DNA of 64,000 nt from Oscillospiraceae bacterium (GTDB lineage Bacteria; Bacillota; Clostridia; Oscillospirales; Ruminococcaceae). The DNA lies in the NCBI GenBank assembly GCA_017555565.1, contig JAFZGF010000061.1, forward strand, positions 14,431 through 78,430, given 5' to 3'. Each line of letters opens with the position of its first letter. Within the stretch, counting starts at the first letter, position 1. Positions 26,520 to 35,767 of this stretch are shown here, piece by piece. The position numbers were made by a program, and so were the translations under genes. Below the pieces are notes generated by a model that did no database searches, was not told the origin of the DNA, and saw only the letters and a program-made list of their open reading frames with translations.

Positions 26520-29500
26520 CTATTTTGATTCAGGGATTATGCGGATTGCGAAATCTATTGTTTCGTCGTTAAGTGCGTATTTTTCCATAAGTACCGGACC
26601 ACAGCTGTTGGAGCCGATGCCGTTCTGACGGTAGTCAAGGCACAATACTGTACTGCCGCTTTCGCAAAGTTCAAAATTGTGTGCTTTTGCGGTAAGTTCT
26701 TCCTGTGTATAACGTGAAGCATTAAAGCTGAAATTTTCAGGTGCTACAGCTGTAATTCTAAGGTTTTCGCTTTCAAGAGTTACATAATCACAGTCGCCGT
26801 GAGCACCGTTTTCCTGTGGACGGATATAATCTTCATGCAGGCTGTCAACTGTATTTTCAAAAACGCTGTGGTGTGCGGCAATTCGTTTGTCCTGATAGTT
26901 TTCCATAGGTCCAAGGCCGTAGTAGCTTACCTGTTTAAGTTCTTCCGGTAAGAAAAGGCGGAGTCCGAATCTTGGCAGCTGTGGAAATTCCATATTGCGT
27001 TTTGCAAGGATATTTGCAGTTACTGCACCATTTACCGATACTGTCCAGTCAATTTCAATATCCATAAATCTCTGCACAGATGGTGCGGAGATGGAAACAT
27101 CTGAATGGATGCGGATTTCACTGTCTGCCATTACATAATGTGTACGATAAGCTCTTGTAACAGCCTTATCATATCTTGCTGCCATCCAGTGAAGCTTAAG
27201 CTTTCTGTCGTTGTCGGTAGGTGCTCTCCATATGTTAAGGTTCATTGCTTCTTTCAGGAGGTTCTTTCCTTCAAATTCCAGCTGACAAAACATACCTGTG
27301 AATTTATCATAGGTATAGTTGAAATTCGAAGTGTTTACTGAAATATAACGAGCACCTTCGTCAACATTGAGGGAGGCTTCTGTAGCAATTTTTGATTTCC
27401 AAATCTGCAAAGCTTTCTGGTTGCGGCCATCTGCGTTTTCCAGCAAAAGTTCGTCGAAGCCAAGCAGATGACCCGCTTTAAGCAGTTCGGTATCTTTTTT
27501 AAGATAATAATTTATTTTAAGATAGCATCTGCCTTTTTCCGGTACATCAATTTCCAGATGTGCTGTACCTTCTGAATGAGGAAGTACGGCAGGTATTTTT
27601 TCTATTTCTCTGTTGTATATTACATAACCGTCACAGTTAATTTCATAGGAGATTGTAAGATAATCATTGAGATTTACAAAATCCATATAGTTGTGCAAAG
27701 TTACTGTTCCTGTCTTCTGGTCAAAACATGTAACTCTTGCAGGTCTGTGAACATTTTTGTATTCCATAAGTCCTGTGTGAGGTCTGCGGTCAGGATAAAC
27801 AAGGCCATCTACACAGAAGTTGCCGTCGTGCGGATATTCCCCGTGGTCACCGCCATAGAGATATTTATCCTTTCCATTTTCAGCTTTGCCTGCATATACA
27901 GCATGGTCACACCATTCCCATACAAAACCACCGCTCATCACATCGTTTGCATTGATAAAATGCCAGTAGTCTTCAAGATCGCCAGGGCCGTTGCCCATTG
28001 CATGAGAATATTCACACATAAGATACGGTTTATCCGGATTGGAATCAACATATTCCTGCAATGTTTCCAGAGAAGGATACATATTGCTGTAAAGGTCAAT
28101 GTTGGAAAAATCGTATTTACGTTTGCGGCTGCGGTACTGTGCGCTTTCGTAATGTGTCAGTCTTGCAGGGTCAAAGTGTTTTGTCCATGCAAGTGCTGCT
28201 TCAAAGCAGCAGCCATAAGCACTTTCGTTGCCCATGGACCATGCAATAACACAAGGACGGTTTTTGTCTCTCTGTACACATTTCTGTGTGCGGTCCATAG
28301 TAGCTTCAAGGAATTCAGGGTTGTCTGCAAATGGTTCGTTCCAATGTTCAACATGGTCTTCCCAGCGGTCGTTTTCACTGCAGTAAAGTTCTGCCGCACC
28401 ATGGCTTTCGTGGTCTGCTTCGTCTATAATCAAAAATCCGTACTGGTCACAAAGCTGATAGAACATAGGTGCATTTGGATAGTGACTTGTTCTGATAGCA
28501 TTAAAGTTGTATGCCTTTATCATCTGCAGGTCACGTTTCATATGCTCAACACTGATAACCGGGCCTGTAACAGGGTCGGAGTCGTGACGGTTAACACCTC
28601 TGAATTTAATTGGATTGCCGTTGAGGTAAACCTGATTGTCTTCTATATATATTTCTCTGAATCCGATGCGGTCTGTAATAACTTCATCAGATGTTTCGAT
28701 AACCATTGTGTAAAGATATGGCTGTTCAGGATTCCAGAGAATTGGTCTGTACACATCAAATACAGCCTGGTGAGTATATGACGCACCGTCAAATGCCTGT
28801 GGCTGTGCTGTTGCAACCATCTTGTTTTTTGCATCAAACAGGGTTATTTTTACAGGAATCTCTTCTTTTTCAAATGCAAAACGCATTCTCACTGTTCCGT
28901 TATCATCACCCAAAGCAACAGTTGTAAAATAATCGCGGATAAAATTTTCAGGGCGGCTGAGGATATATACATCACGGAAGATACCCGATGTACGGAATTT
29001 ATCCTGGTCTTCAAGATAGCTGCCGTCACACCATTTAAGAACCAGTACAGCAAGAGTGTTGCTGCCTTCTCTTACAACAGATGTAATATCAAATTCACTT
29101 GTAGAGTGTGATACTTCGCTGTATCCTAAAAACTGACCATTAAGCCATACATAGAAGCAGGAGTCAACACCTTCAAAGTTTAAAAATGCTTTTGGTGCAT
29201 TTGCTTTGTGAGTATAGTCAAAGCTGCAAATGTATGCGCCGCAAGGATTGTCATAAGGTACATACGGAGGGTCTGCAGGAAACGGATATTTGATATTGGT
29301 ATACTGATGATGGTCATAGCCATGGTTCTGCCACACACTTGGCACTGGGATGTAATCCCAGTTTTCAGCATTGTAACCTTCTTCATAGAAATATTCTTCA
29401 AAGTCATGAATGCTTTCGCAGTATCTGAATTTCCAGTATCCGTTCAGAAGCTGAAATCTGTCAGAATGTTCACGGTTTTCAACCAAATCATCCATTCTTG

Positions 29501-29585
29501 CAGATGCCGGGATAAAGTATGAACGGTTAGGAGTTGTGCCCATATGGTGTGTATGCAAATCTTCGTAATATGCAGGGATAATCAT
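26520..29585 (-). CDS. lacZ: Beta-galactosidase, GH2 family
   Basis: 1021 aa. The acid/base region is WSMGNESAYG. The nucleophile region MCEYSHAMGNGPG parallels E. coli LacZ ILCEYAHAMGN. Confidence 0.92.
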   Translation of the reverse strand: MIIPAYYEDLHTHHMGTTPNRSYFIPASARMDDLVENREHSDRFQLLNGYWKFRYCESIHDFEEYFYEEGYNAENWDYIPVPSVWQNHGYDHHQYTNIKYPFPADPPYVPYDNPCGAYICSFDYTHKANAPKAFLNFEGVDSCFYVWLNGQFLGYSEVSHSTSEFDITSVVREGSNTLAVLVLKWCDGSYLEDQDKFRTSGIFRDVYILSRPENFIRDYFTTVALGDDNGTVRMRFAFEKEEIPVKITLFDAKNKMVATAQPQAFDGASYTHQAVFDVYRPILWNPEQPYLYTMVIETSDEVITDRIGFREIYIEDNQVYLNGNPIKFRGVNRHDSDPVTGPVISVEHMKRDLQMIKAYNFNAIRTSHYPNAPMFYQLCDQYGFLIIDEADHESHGAAELYCSENDRWEDHVEHWNEPFADNPEFLEATMDRTQKCVQRDKNRPCVIAWSMGNESAYGCCFEAALAWTKHFDPARLTHYESAQYRSRKRKYDFSNIDLYSNMYPSLETLQEYVDSNPDKPYLMCEYSHAMGNGPGDLEDYWHFINANDVMSGGFVWEWCDHAVYAGKAENGKDKYLYGGDHGEYPHDGNFCVDGLVYPDRRPHTGLMEYKNVHRPARVTCFDQKTGTVTLHNYMDFVNLNDYLTISYEINCDGYVIYNREIEKIPAVLPHSEGTAHLEIDVPEKGRCYLKINYYLKKDTELLKAGHLLGFDELLLENADGRNQKALQIWKSKIATEASLNVDEGARYISVNTSNFNYTYDKFTGMFCQLEFEGKNLLKEAMNLNIWRAPTDNDRKLKLHWMAARYDKAVTRAYRTHYVMADSEIRIHSDVSISAPSVQRFMDIEIDWTVSVNGAVTANILAKRNMEFPQLPRFGLRLFLPEELKQVSYYGLGPMENYQDKRIAAHHSVFENTVDSLHEDYIRPQENGAHGDCDYVTLESENLRITAVAPENFSFNASRYTQEELTAKAHNFELCESGSTVLCLDYRQNGIGSNSCGPVLMEKYALNDETIDFAIRIIPESK

Positions 29586-29686
29586 TTTATTCTCCTTTAT
29601 CTTTTTCTTTTTTACGTTACGCCCTATCTTCGATTAGATTGTAACCCAAGATTTTCCGAAAAAGAATAAACTATATTAGACAAAAC

Positions 29687-29790
29687 ATGCACAAAATGAT
29701 ACAATGGTATCAACAAAAACCACCATTTATGGCCATTTTCAGACCATTATATGCACAAAATTACACTCATTTGTCAAAGATGCACAAATA
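29687..29790. promoter_or_regulatory. Three direct repeats ATGCACAAA(A)T in the lacZ/araC divergent region (candidate AraC-type operator half-sites)
   Basis: atgcacaaaat at 29687-29697 and 29751-29761, and atgcacaaata at 29780-29790, all in the same orientation between the divergent lacZ and AraC-family genes. Confidence 0.3.
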
Positions 29791-29810
29791 CAGCAAGGAG
29801 AATTTGTTAA

Positions 29811-30665
29811 ATGTATTCAAATTCCGCTTATCTGAAAAATTCAAAAATTCCATACAAAGATAAATCCAAACCGCTTATAGTAACCTGCTGCGGCACATAC
29901 CGACTTTTCCGCAAAGAAAAGCTGCCTACCTGGAGACCTAAAGGCAGTAATGATTATCAGCTGTTATATGTTGTTGCCGGAAAAACAACTTTTTATATAA
30001 ATAAAAAACCGCATGAGGTAACTGCCGGGCAGATGGTTTTGTTCCACCCTTATCAGGAACAGCATTATGAATATTTCGGCAAGGATAAGCCGGAGGTATT
30101 CTGGGTTCATTTTACCGGCAGCAATGTAAAAAATATTCTTAAATCATATAATATTCCTATGAATAAAAATATTTTCAACTGCGGCACTTATGCAACCTAT
30201 TCCTATATTTTCAAGGAAATGATTGATGAGCTGCAGAATCGCCGAACCGGTTTTCAGGAACTGCTGGAAATGTATTTAAGACAGATATTTATCCTTATCC
30301 AGCGCAACGAAGAAAAAGAAAACACACAGGTAAGCAGTTATCTTCTGGACGAGATAGAGTATGCCAGAAAGTTTTTTACCGAGCATTACAACGAAGATAT
30401 CAATATCTCGGAATACGCACAGTCAAGGGGCATGAGTGTAAGCTGGTTTCTGAGAAATTTCAAACATATTACCAAAAAGTCCCCAATGCAGTATATTTTA
30501 AATATCCGCATAAACAACGCTGTCAGCCTGTTGGAAACTACTGACTACAATGTAACCGAGATTGCTGCTATTATCGGGTATGATAATCCTTTGTATTTCA
30601 GCCGTATTTTCCACAAACAAAAGGGTATTTCTCCATCGGAATACAGAAAAAGAGCGAAAACCTGA
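29811..30665 (+). CDS. AraC-family transcriptional regulator (cupin sensor + HTH)
   Basis: The C-terminal dual HTH reads ...SVSWFLRNFKHITKKSPMQYILNIRINNAVSLLETTDYNVTEIAAIIGYDNPLYFSRIFHKQKGISPSEYRK. It is divergent from lacZ. Confidence 0.85.
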   Translation: MYSNSAYLKNSKIPYKDKSKPLIVTCCGTYRLFRKEKLPTWRPKGSNDYQLLYVVAGKTTFYINKKPHEVTAGQMVLFHPYQEQHYEYFGKDKPEVFWVHFTGSNVKNILKSYNIPMNKNIFNCGTYATYSYIFKEMIDELQNRRTGFQELLEMYLRQIFILIQRNEEKENTQVSSYLLDEIEYARKFFTEHYNEDINISEYAQSRGMSVSWFLRNFKHITKKSPMQYILNIRINNAVSLLETTDYNVTEIAAIIGYDNPLYFSRIFHKQKGISPSEYRKRAKT

Positions 30666-30712
30666 TAATCATTCCGCATACACAGCTTCCTCTTAAATCC
30701 AAGCATAAATAT

Positions 30713-30873
30713 GGTGCGGATGAAGGGAATTGAATGTCATCTGTTAAAAATTTTCCCAGTAAAATAAAGGAAAATTGGCATTTAAAAATGTATCGTACCA
30801 GAGGCGTACCGAGGGATATGCTAAAGTCCAAGCAGTGATCGAGTGGAGATCGAGTGCCACTCGATCAAATACA
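30713..30873. repeat. Copy B of the ~160-bp dispersed repeat family
   Basis: Direct-orientation copy of 22919-23080. It contains the hairpin aattttcc(30749-56)-cagtaaaataaa-ggaaaatt(30769-76). Confidence 0.7.
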
Positions 30874-30920
30874 ATTAATATCTGTAAAGTTTATAATCGA
30901 CACATAGCTTACGTTCTAAT

Positions 30921-30986
30921 ATCTCAACCCAATCTCAATCCAATCTCAATCCAACCTCAACCCAATCTCAATCCAATCTCAATCCA
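30921..30986. repeat. Tandem repeat, 11 bp x 6 (also readable as 33 bp x 2)
   Basis: atctcaaccca atctcaatcca atctcaatcca acctcaaccca atctcaatcca atctcaatcca. Confidence 0.9.
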
Positions 30987-31058
30987 GCAACAGAATATAT
31001 TTTTCCTATATTGACCACTGTTCCTATATTTATAAGTCAAACCTTTATATAAAGTAAT

Positions 31059-31086
31059 TAGCCTCAAATTATCTTATTTGAGGCTA
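31059..31086. terminator. Hairpin terminator next to the AlbA_2 gene stop
   Basis: 11-bp stem tagcctcaaat / atttgaggcta with loop tatctt. A T-run follows on the plus side, and there are short T stretches on the minus side. Confidence 0.5.
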
Positions 31087-31090
31087 AATG

Positions 31091-32803
31091 CTATTTTTTT
31101 ATTATCCAATTACTTGTTTGTCGATTATCTGAATCTGTAACAATCACATTACTTTTTCTTAAAGATGTCAATAATGTCAGTACTTTTCGTTTCTTTTGTT
31201 TATCATCCAAAACATTAGGAAGTTTATCCCATAACAGGTCATCAAGCTGTTTTCTATTTGCTTTTCCAAACTTATTGATGTAATCGACTATCATATCTTT
31301 ATAATATTGATCATTAAAACCCTTATTTTTAATATATTTCGCCTCTTCATCAATACTTTGAGCTATTTCTGCAGACAAATACAAATTATTTATACGTCCT
31401 TCAACCAATTTGTATTTCCTCAAGTGTTCCACAGCCTCTTTACTAAGGGATTGTTTTTTTTGAACCTTATCCAACAAGTATACGGTTTCTAATGTTAGCT
31501 CTGGATGTCTAAACAACATATAGGTGTATTTTTCATCAATAATTTTACCATATACAGTCACTTCCACTTGATCATGCTTGGACAAGTCGTAGTCCGGCAT
31601 AGGAAAATATTTCTCTTTTTGAATTCGATATATTTTCTTTATACCACTTGTAGCCGTATCAATCATATGAAAATTAACCATCGCATCCGCAAGTAACCAG
31701 TTTCTATAGAACGGAGGATTATATGTTGGTTGCAATACAGTTTCAATACTTTCTGGTAAAAAATTACCAGGGTTTGTAATTGTTATACTTTCTTCAAATT
31801 CATTTACATATATTCTTCCACCTAACTGGTAATTTGAATGAGCTATACAGTTATTAATCAACTCTCTAAGTAGCCATGCATCATACTGCTGAGTTTCTTT
31901 AGGGAAGAGAGACATTTGATCTGGCATATATCTGTATGTCAGATTTCTAATTTTAGCGAATATTTTATCAACTACAGTAATAAATGGGATGGTAAAAATT
32001 GAATAATCTTTTATTGATCCATCTTTATCTATTAATCGCCACATCACAGAAGGTGGATATTGTAGCTTATAATCGTGTTCCGAACTACCTAATAAAACAA
32101 TTGCTGCATTCGTTAATTGCCCATCAATAACTAACTTTAATTTACCTAGAAATTGTTCATCACTTAAGGAATCAATTTCTTCTGCTATGTGAGCTCTATT
32201 CATTTTTTCTTTATATTTTTCACGAGCTAAAGCAATCGCATCTCTATCTAAATGTTCGATTGTCGCATTAGGTACAATTTGCTTTGACCAATCAGAGCGT
32301 TCCTGTCTTCTTATCTGGTCTATTTTGAATTGCTGTAAATTTATTAAACTTTCTCCAGCTCTAGCATAAAAAACATTTTTCCAACCCGTAGGGATCCCTA
32401 TTGCGGCCGCTGGTATTTTAAACATTAAAACACGTTTCGGCTTACCATTTACAATAGGGTAAATTTCAATAATATCTGTAAAAGTTATATTTCCTGTTGT
32501 AGACTTAGCAATTTCATACTTAAAGTTTTCTAACAGAGAAATATTACCGTTTTTAAACGATGTCCCACATATATGTTTTTTATCTTTTTCACTTACTCCT
32601 AGAATTAACCACCCATATTGTTGATTCTTGAGATTAGCTTCATTACTAATTGCAGAAAAATACTGGCCAATTTTATCTGTTGAATATTGGCCCGAAGCTT
32701 CTTTAAATTCTACAATCTCATATTCCCATCTATCTATCAGTAAGCTAAGAAGATCATAATATTCGGTATTTGGTGATTTTTTATCATAGGTGAAATATTC
32801 CAT
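31091..32803 (-). CDS. AlbA_2 (Schlafen-like) + HATPase_c_4-like + C-terminal wHTH protein
   Basis: The N-terminus EYEIVEFKEASGQ...NQQYGWLILGVSEKDKKHICGT fits the AlbA_2 divergent-AAA pattern (E..EFK ... GG.l.iGv.d.g.i.G). The middle segment LLRELINNCIAHSNYQLGGRIYVNEFEESITITNPG fits the RecG-C-terminal-like ATPase pattern (NA..HrDY...i.i..f.d.i.i.NPG). Confidence 0.65.
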   Translation of the reverse strand: MEYFTYDKKSPNTEYYDLLSLLIDRWEYEIVEFKEASGQYSTDKIGQYFSAISNEANLKNQQYGWLILGVSEKDKKHICGTSFKNGNISLLENFKYEIAKSTTGNITFTDIIEIYPIVNGKPKRVLMFKIPAAAIGIPTGWKNVFYARAGESLINLQQFKIDQIRRQERSDWSKQIVPNATIEHLDRDAIALAREKYKEKMNRAHIAEEIDSLSDEQFLGKLKLVIDGQLTNAAIVLLGSSEHDYKLQYPPSVMWRLIDKDGSIKDYSIFTIPFITVVDKIFAKIRNLTYRYMPDQMSLFPKETQQYDAWLLRELINNCIAHSNYQLGGRIYVNEFEESITITNPGNFLPESIETVLQPTYNPPFYRNWLLADAMVNFHMIDTATSGIKKIYRIQKEKYFPMPDYDLSKHDQVEVTVYGKIIDEKYTYMLFRHPELTLETVYLLDKVQKKQSLSKEAVEHLRKYKLVEGRINNLYLSAEIAQSIDEEAKYIKNKGFNDQYYKDMIVDYINKFGKANRKQLDDLLWDKLPNVLDDKQKKRKVLTLLTSLRKSNVIVTDSDNRQTSNWIIKK

Positions 32804-32967
32804 ATATCCTCCTAAGAATCAATATTTTGTCATTATCATAATGTTTATGCACATACAACAAACCTAAAATACGATAGCATTTATTAAATAAAATTTGTTT
32901 TAAACATTATAGCACATTTACACAACTATATGGTCTACAAATAATCTTCTATCCTTTTATGCACATT

Positions 32968-33070
32968 GGCAAATGAAGGGAATTATGATTCATATTCTTA
33001 ATGCCAAAAAAACGCTATTTTACTGGGTTTTCCGAACTTTGTCATATCAATCGTATCGGAAATCGTACCG
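32968..33070. repeat. Degenerate copy D of the dispersed repeat family
   Basis: Shares ggcaaatgaagggaatt (as in copy C2/B), an inverted cccagtaaaat block (ctattttactggg), and cgtatcggaaatcgtaccg (compare cgtaccggaaacgtaccg in C2). Confidence 0.45.
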
Positions 33071-33077
33071 TTTCCAT

Positions 33078-33121
33078 AAAAACAGTAAAACCAACCCTAA
33101 TGAGTCAGTTTTACTGTTTTG
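33078..33121 (-). terminator. Terminator of the HEPN-DUF3800 operon
   Basis: Stem aaacagtaaaac / gttttactgttt with a 16-nt loop. It lies 7 nt beyond the DUF3800 stop, and a T-run follows on the minus strand. Confidence 0.65.
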
Positions 33122-33127
33122 AGACAA

Positions 33128-34270
33128 TCAATATTTTAGTCTCTCCATAATTATAGTTTTAAGTCTACTGTTCATAGATATAGATTTAATAGCAATTTCC
33201 AAATTTTGTGCATAGAAGTAATTAAAACTCATATTATTTCTCAAGTGTTTCGGAAATGTAATTGAAAACATGATTCCTGTAGTTATAGTTGCTGCCCAAT
33301 CATTTAATGGAACTGTAAACTTTATCTTATTTATTGAAATATTATCAAGAACCTTTGATATTAACTTCATATCCCATTCACTACACTCAAGCCAAGGTTC
33401 TTCTTTTATGTAATGAAAAATCATTTTGTCATATGCATGACGAACAACACTCACTATATTGTCCGCAATTTGCAGCAAATCATTATCTTTACTGTCTTCA
33501 AACTTTATGTCAATCGAATAATTTTTTAGTTCTTTTCGCATTGTATCAGAAAATTCTTTGATATTGTCGTGAATATACTCAATATCCGAATTAGATTGAT
33601 TATTATCCACTTTTATAAAAGTGATTAATTCTGCCAACGCATTCATATTAATCAAATTTGTAATCTGTGGGTTATCATACCATCCAAATGTCATAAAATC
33701 TTGATAACATTTATCCGTTATATTTTCATCAAGTATTTTATTGGCCATAATTTTAGCAGCATTTTCTGGCAATTCTTCAGAATATTCGTAATTGATCAAA
33801 AAATTTAGATAGTCTATAAATTCTGTTTGACCCAAATTTTGTATATACTTTAAATATTGGACAAAAAAATCATCTTTTTGCTTAGATAAAAATGAAGCTT
33901 GGACATAGAAATGCTCTGGTATAGTCTCTTGATATTCAATACCATACAAAGATAGCAAAAGCATTGTGGATATATAAAATTTTTTATCATATAAGATGAT
34001 ATAAAAATGCTTATTATCAAAAATATGCTTTAGCATGTAGTTCAGTTCTGCATTCCTTTTTCGCACTAAAAGATCACTACCTTTTATTTCTCCTGATATT
34101 TTATATTTTCTTTTAAATGCTTGATACTTTTCTATCAATATTTTCTCGTCTTTTTCATTATTAACAACTACAGCTGCCAAAGCAAAAGTCGGTTGTGTTT
34201 GGAAATTCAGTAAATCATCTTTTTGCAACACACATCCACTTTGTCCAGATTCATCAAAATATATTTTCAT
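33128..34270 (-). CDS. DUF3800-family protein
   Basis: It starts MKIYFDESGQSG (the DUF3800 N-terminal hydrophobic-DESG motif) and carries the C-terminal LLQIADNIVSV motif (lQ.AD.ia). ATGA overlap with the upstream gene. Confidence 0.65.
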   Translation of the reverse strand: MKIYFDESGQSGCVLQKDDLLNFQTQPTFALAAVVVNNEKDEKILIEKYQAFKRKYKISGEIKGSDLLVRKRNAELNYMLKHIFDNKHFYIILYDKKFYISTMLLLSLYGIEYQETIPEHFYVQASFLSKQKDDFFVQYLKYIQNLGQTEFIDYLNFLINYEYSEELPENAAKIMANKILDENITDKCYQDFMTFGWYDNPQITNLINMNALAELITFIKVDNNQSNSDIEYIHDNIKEFSDTMRKELKNYSIDIKFEDSKDNDLLQIADNIVSVVRHAYDKMIFHYIKEEPWLECSEWDMKLISKVLDNISINKIKFTVPLNDWAATITTGIMFSITFPKHLRNNMSFNYFYAQNLEIAIKSISMNSRLKTIIMERLKY

Positions 34271-35655
34271 AATACGCCTTTATCTATAATAGATTTTCCT
34301 TGGGTTTCACTCAAAAGTTTCCAACCATTATGTGTATTTAATTCTTCTGCAATAGCATCTCGTCTATCAATTCCTAACGAAAGACAAATATGATATTCCA
34401 AAAGAACACGCAAAATATAAATAGCCTCCAAGAGTTCCTCTCCTTTTAAAGCTTTTGCCTCCTTAGATTTTCCGTAATGTGTATAGTAATGTCTTGTATC
34501 GGCAATTGTTTGTGCATATTCTTCATTTTCAATATAATATTCACAAAACAAGCCGTCGTTTTTCCCTATTAACAAATCGTTTAATCGCGATACTAGAATA
34601 ATAAAATTACAATTTTTATCCATCTGGGTTTCATTTAAAAGCAATTTATTATATCGCTCTGAATCTCCAAAACGACTCTTAACTGAGTCAACATATTTAT
34701 CCTTTTTATTACCATAGAAAAACCTCGAATGAAAAGTTTCTAAAGCCTGTACAATATTCAAAAAAACCATTTCATGTGGCATATCCTTATATTTGAATAG
34801 CGATAAGTAAAGATTAAAAACAGGTGTTAATTTTTCCAATTTATCATTTATATCTGCTTCTTCAGGTAAATCTTTAAGACTAAAATTGTAATGCCATCTT
34901 TGAATTTTTAATACATCAAGATTAGCTCCTGAAGTATATAAATAATGTTTATGATAATCTTCATATTTATTTGCTATTAAATATACATCATCGTAATCGT
35001 ACAAATATTGTTCTTCAATATTTACATTATTTTTTATAGCAAAAGAAATAAGAGACATAATCTTATCTCTTATAGAAACCAATTCTTTTACGCTACTTTT
35101 TTCAATAGTTTCTATTTCAAGTACAAGACGCTGTACAATCTTGGTTTCCTCTTCTGTAGGCAAAACAAATAGCGGATTATTTACATAGCTAGAAAATGTT
35201 ATTTTTGCTCCAAACCAATTATATGTTTTTTTGTCTATACTATTCTTGGCTTTAATGCCGTCTTCCGTTTCTTCAAATGTAGAAAAACCACTCCACGGAT
35301 ATGCATTTTTTAGAGTACATACCATTTTATTATATGATGAATCAATTCTTTCAGAGTTCGACCATACCATATAGTCTGAAATAAAAATAAGTCGTTGATT
35401 ACTAAAGGCATAGGTATGATTTTTACTGCATTTATTATTAAAAAGAGTTACTACTGCACCTGAATTCAATTTACCAATTATATATGGTAATGTACCATAA
35501 CTTTTTCCAAAAAATGACTCTGAAGAAACTTCTTTTACAAGATTTAAAAGGATTACACCTTTTTGTTTGTTGTAAATCAATTCTCCAGTTATGTGTTCAT
35601 TTAAAACTTGAAACACCCCGGTATAATGTCTGTCAACATCAATATTTTCCCACAT
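34267..35655 (-). CDS. HEPN-motif protein, ApeA-like architecture
   Basis: 462 aa. The C-terminal helical region carries an Rx4H HEPN motif (ADTRHYYTHYGKS), followed by amphipathic helices (LEAIYILRVLLEYHICLSLG). The large N-terminal domain is of unknown fold. Size and layout resemble ApeA (HEPN abortive-infection protein). Confidence 0.5.
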   Translation of the reverse strand: MWENIDVDRHYTGVFQVLNEHITGELIYNKQKGVILLNLVKEVSSESFFGKSYGTLPYIIGKLNSGAVVTLFNNKCSKNHTYAFSNQRLIFISDYMVWSNSERIDSSYNKMVCTLKNAYPWSGFSTFEETEDGIKAKNSIDKKTYNWFGAKITFSSYVNNPLFVLPTEEETKIVQRLVLEIETIEKSSVKELVSIRDKIMSLISFAIKNNVNIEEQYLYDYDDVYLIANKYEDYHKHYLYTSGANLDVLKIQRWHYNFSLKDLPEEADINDKLEKLTPVFNLYLSLFKYKDMPHEMVFLNIVQALETFHSRFFYGNKKDKYVDSVKSRFGDSERYNKLLLNETQMDKNCNFIILVSRLNDLLIGKNDGLFCEYYIENEEYAQTIADTRHYYTHYGKSKEAKALKGEELLEAIYILRVLLEYHICLSLGIDRRDAIAEELNTHNGWKLLSETQGKSIIDKGVL

Positions 35656-35767
35656 AAGTAGTGCTCCTTTTTATTTCATTCTTCACTAATATTATACCAA
35701 ATTCATTTCAATCCTCAAATAGGGAACACAGGTGCAAAACAATTTCTGTAATATCCCAAGTGTCAAA

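Noticed and set aside
25141-28927. Plus-strand ORFs inside the GPH transporter and lacZ (e.g. 25245..26021, 27576..28781)
   Set aside because: They are antisense shadows of genes with unambiguous family motifs. Their translations are Cys/Phe/Val-rich with no domains.
30921-30986. Possible CRISPR array
   Set aside because: The units are 11 bp, contiguous and without spacers. There are no cas genes in the window.
30775-31014. 79-aa ORF running through repeat copy B and the 11-bp tandem repeat
   Set aside because: The translation is dominated by the repeat (PNLNPISIQ twice). It is an artefact of non-coding repeats.
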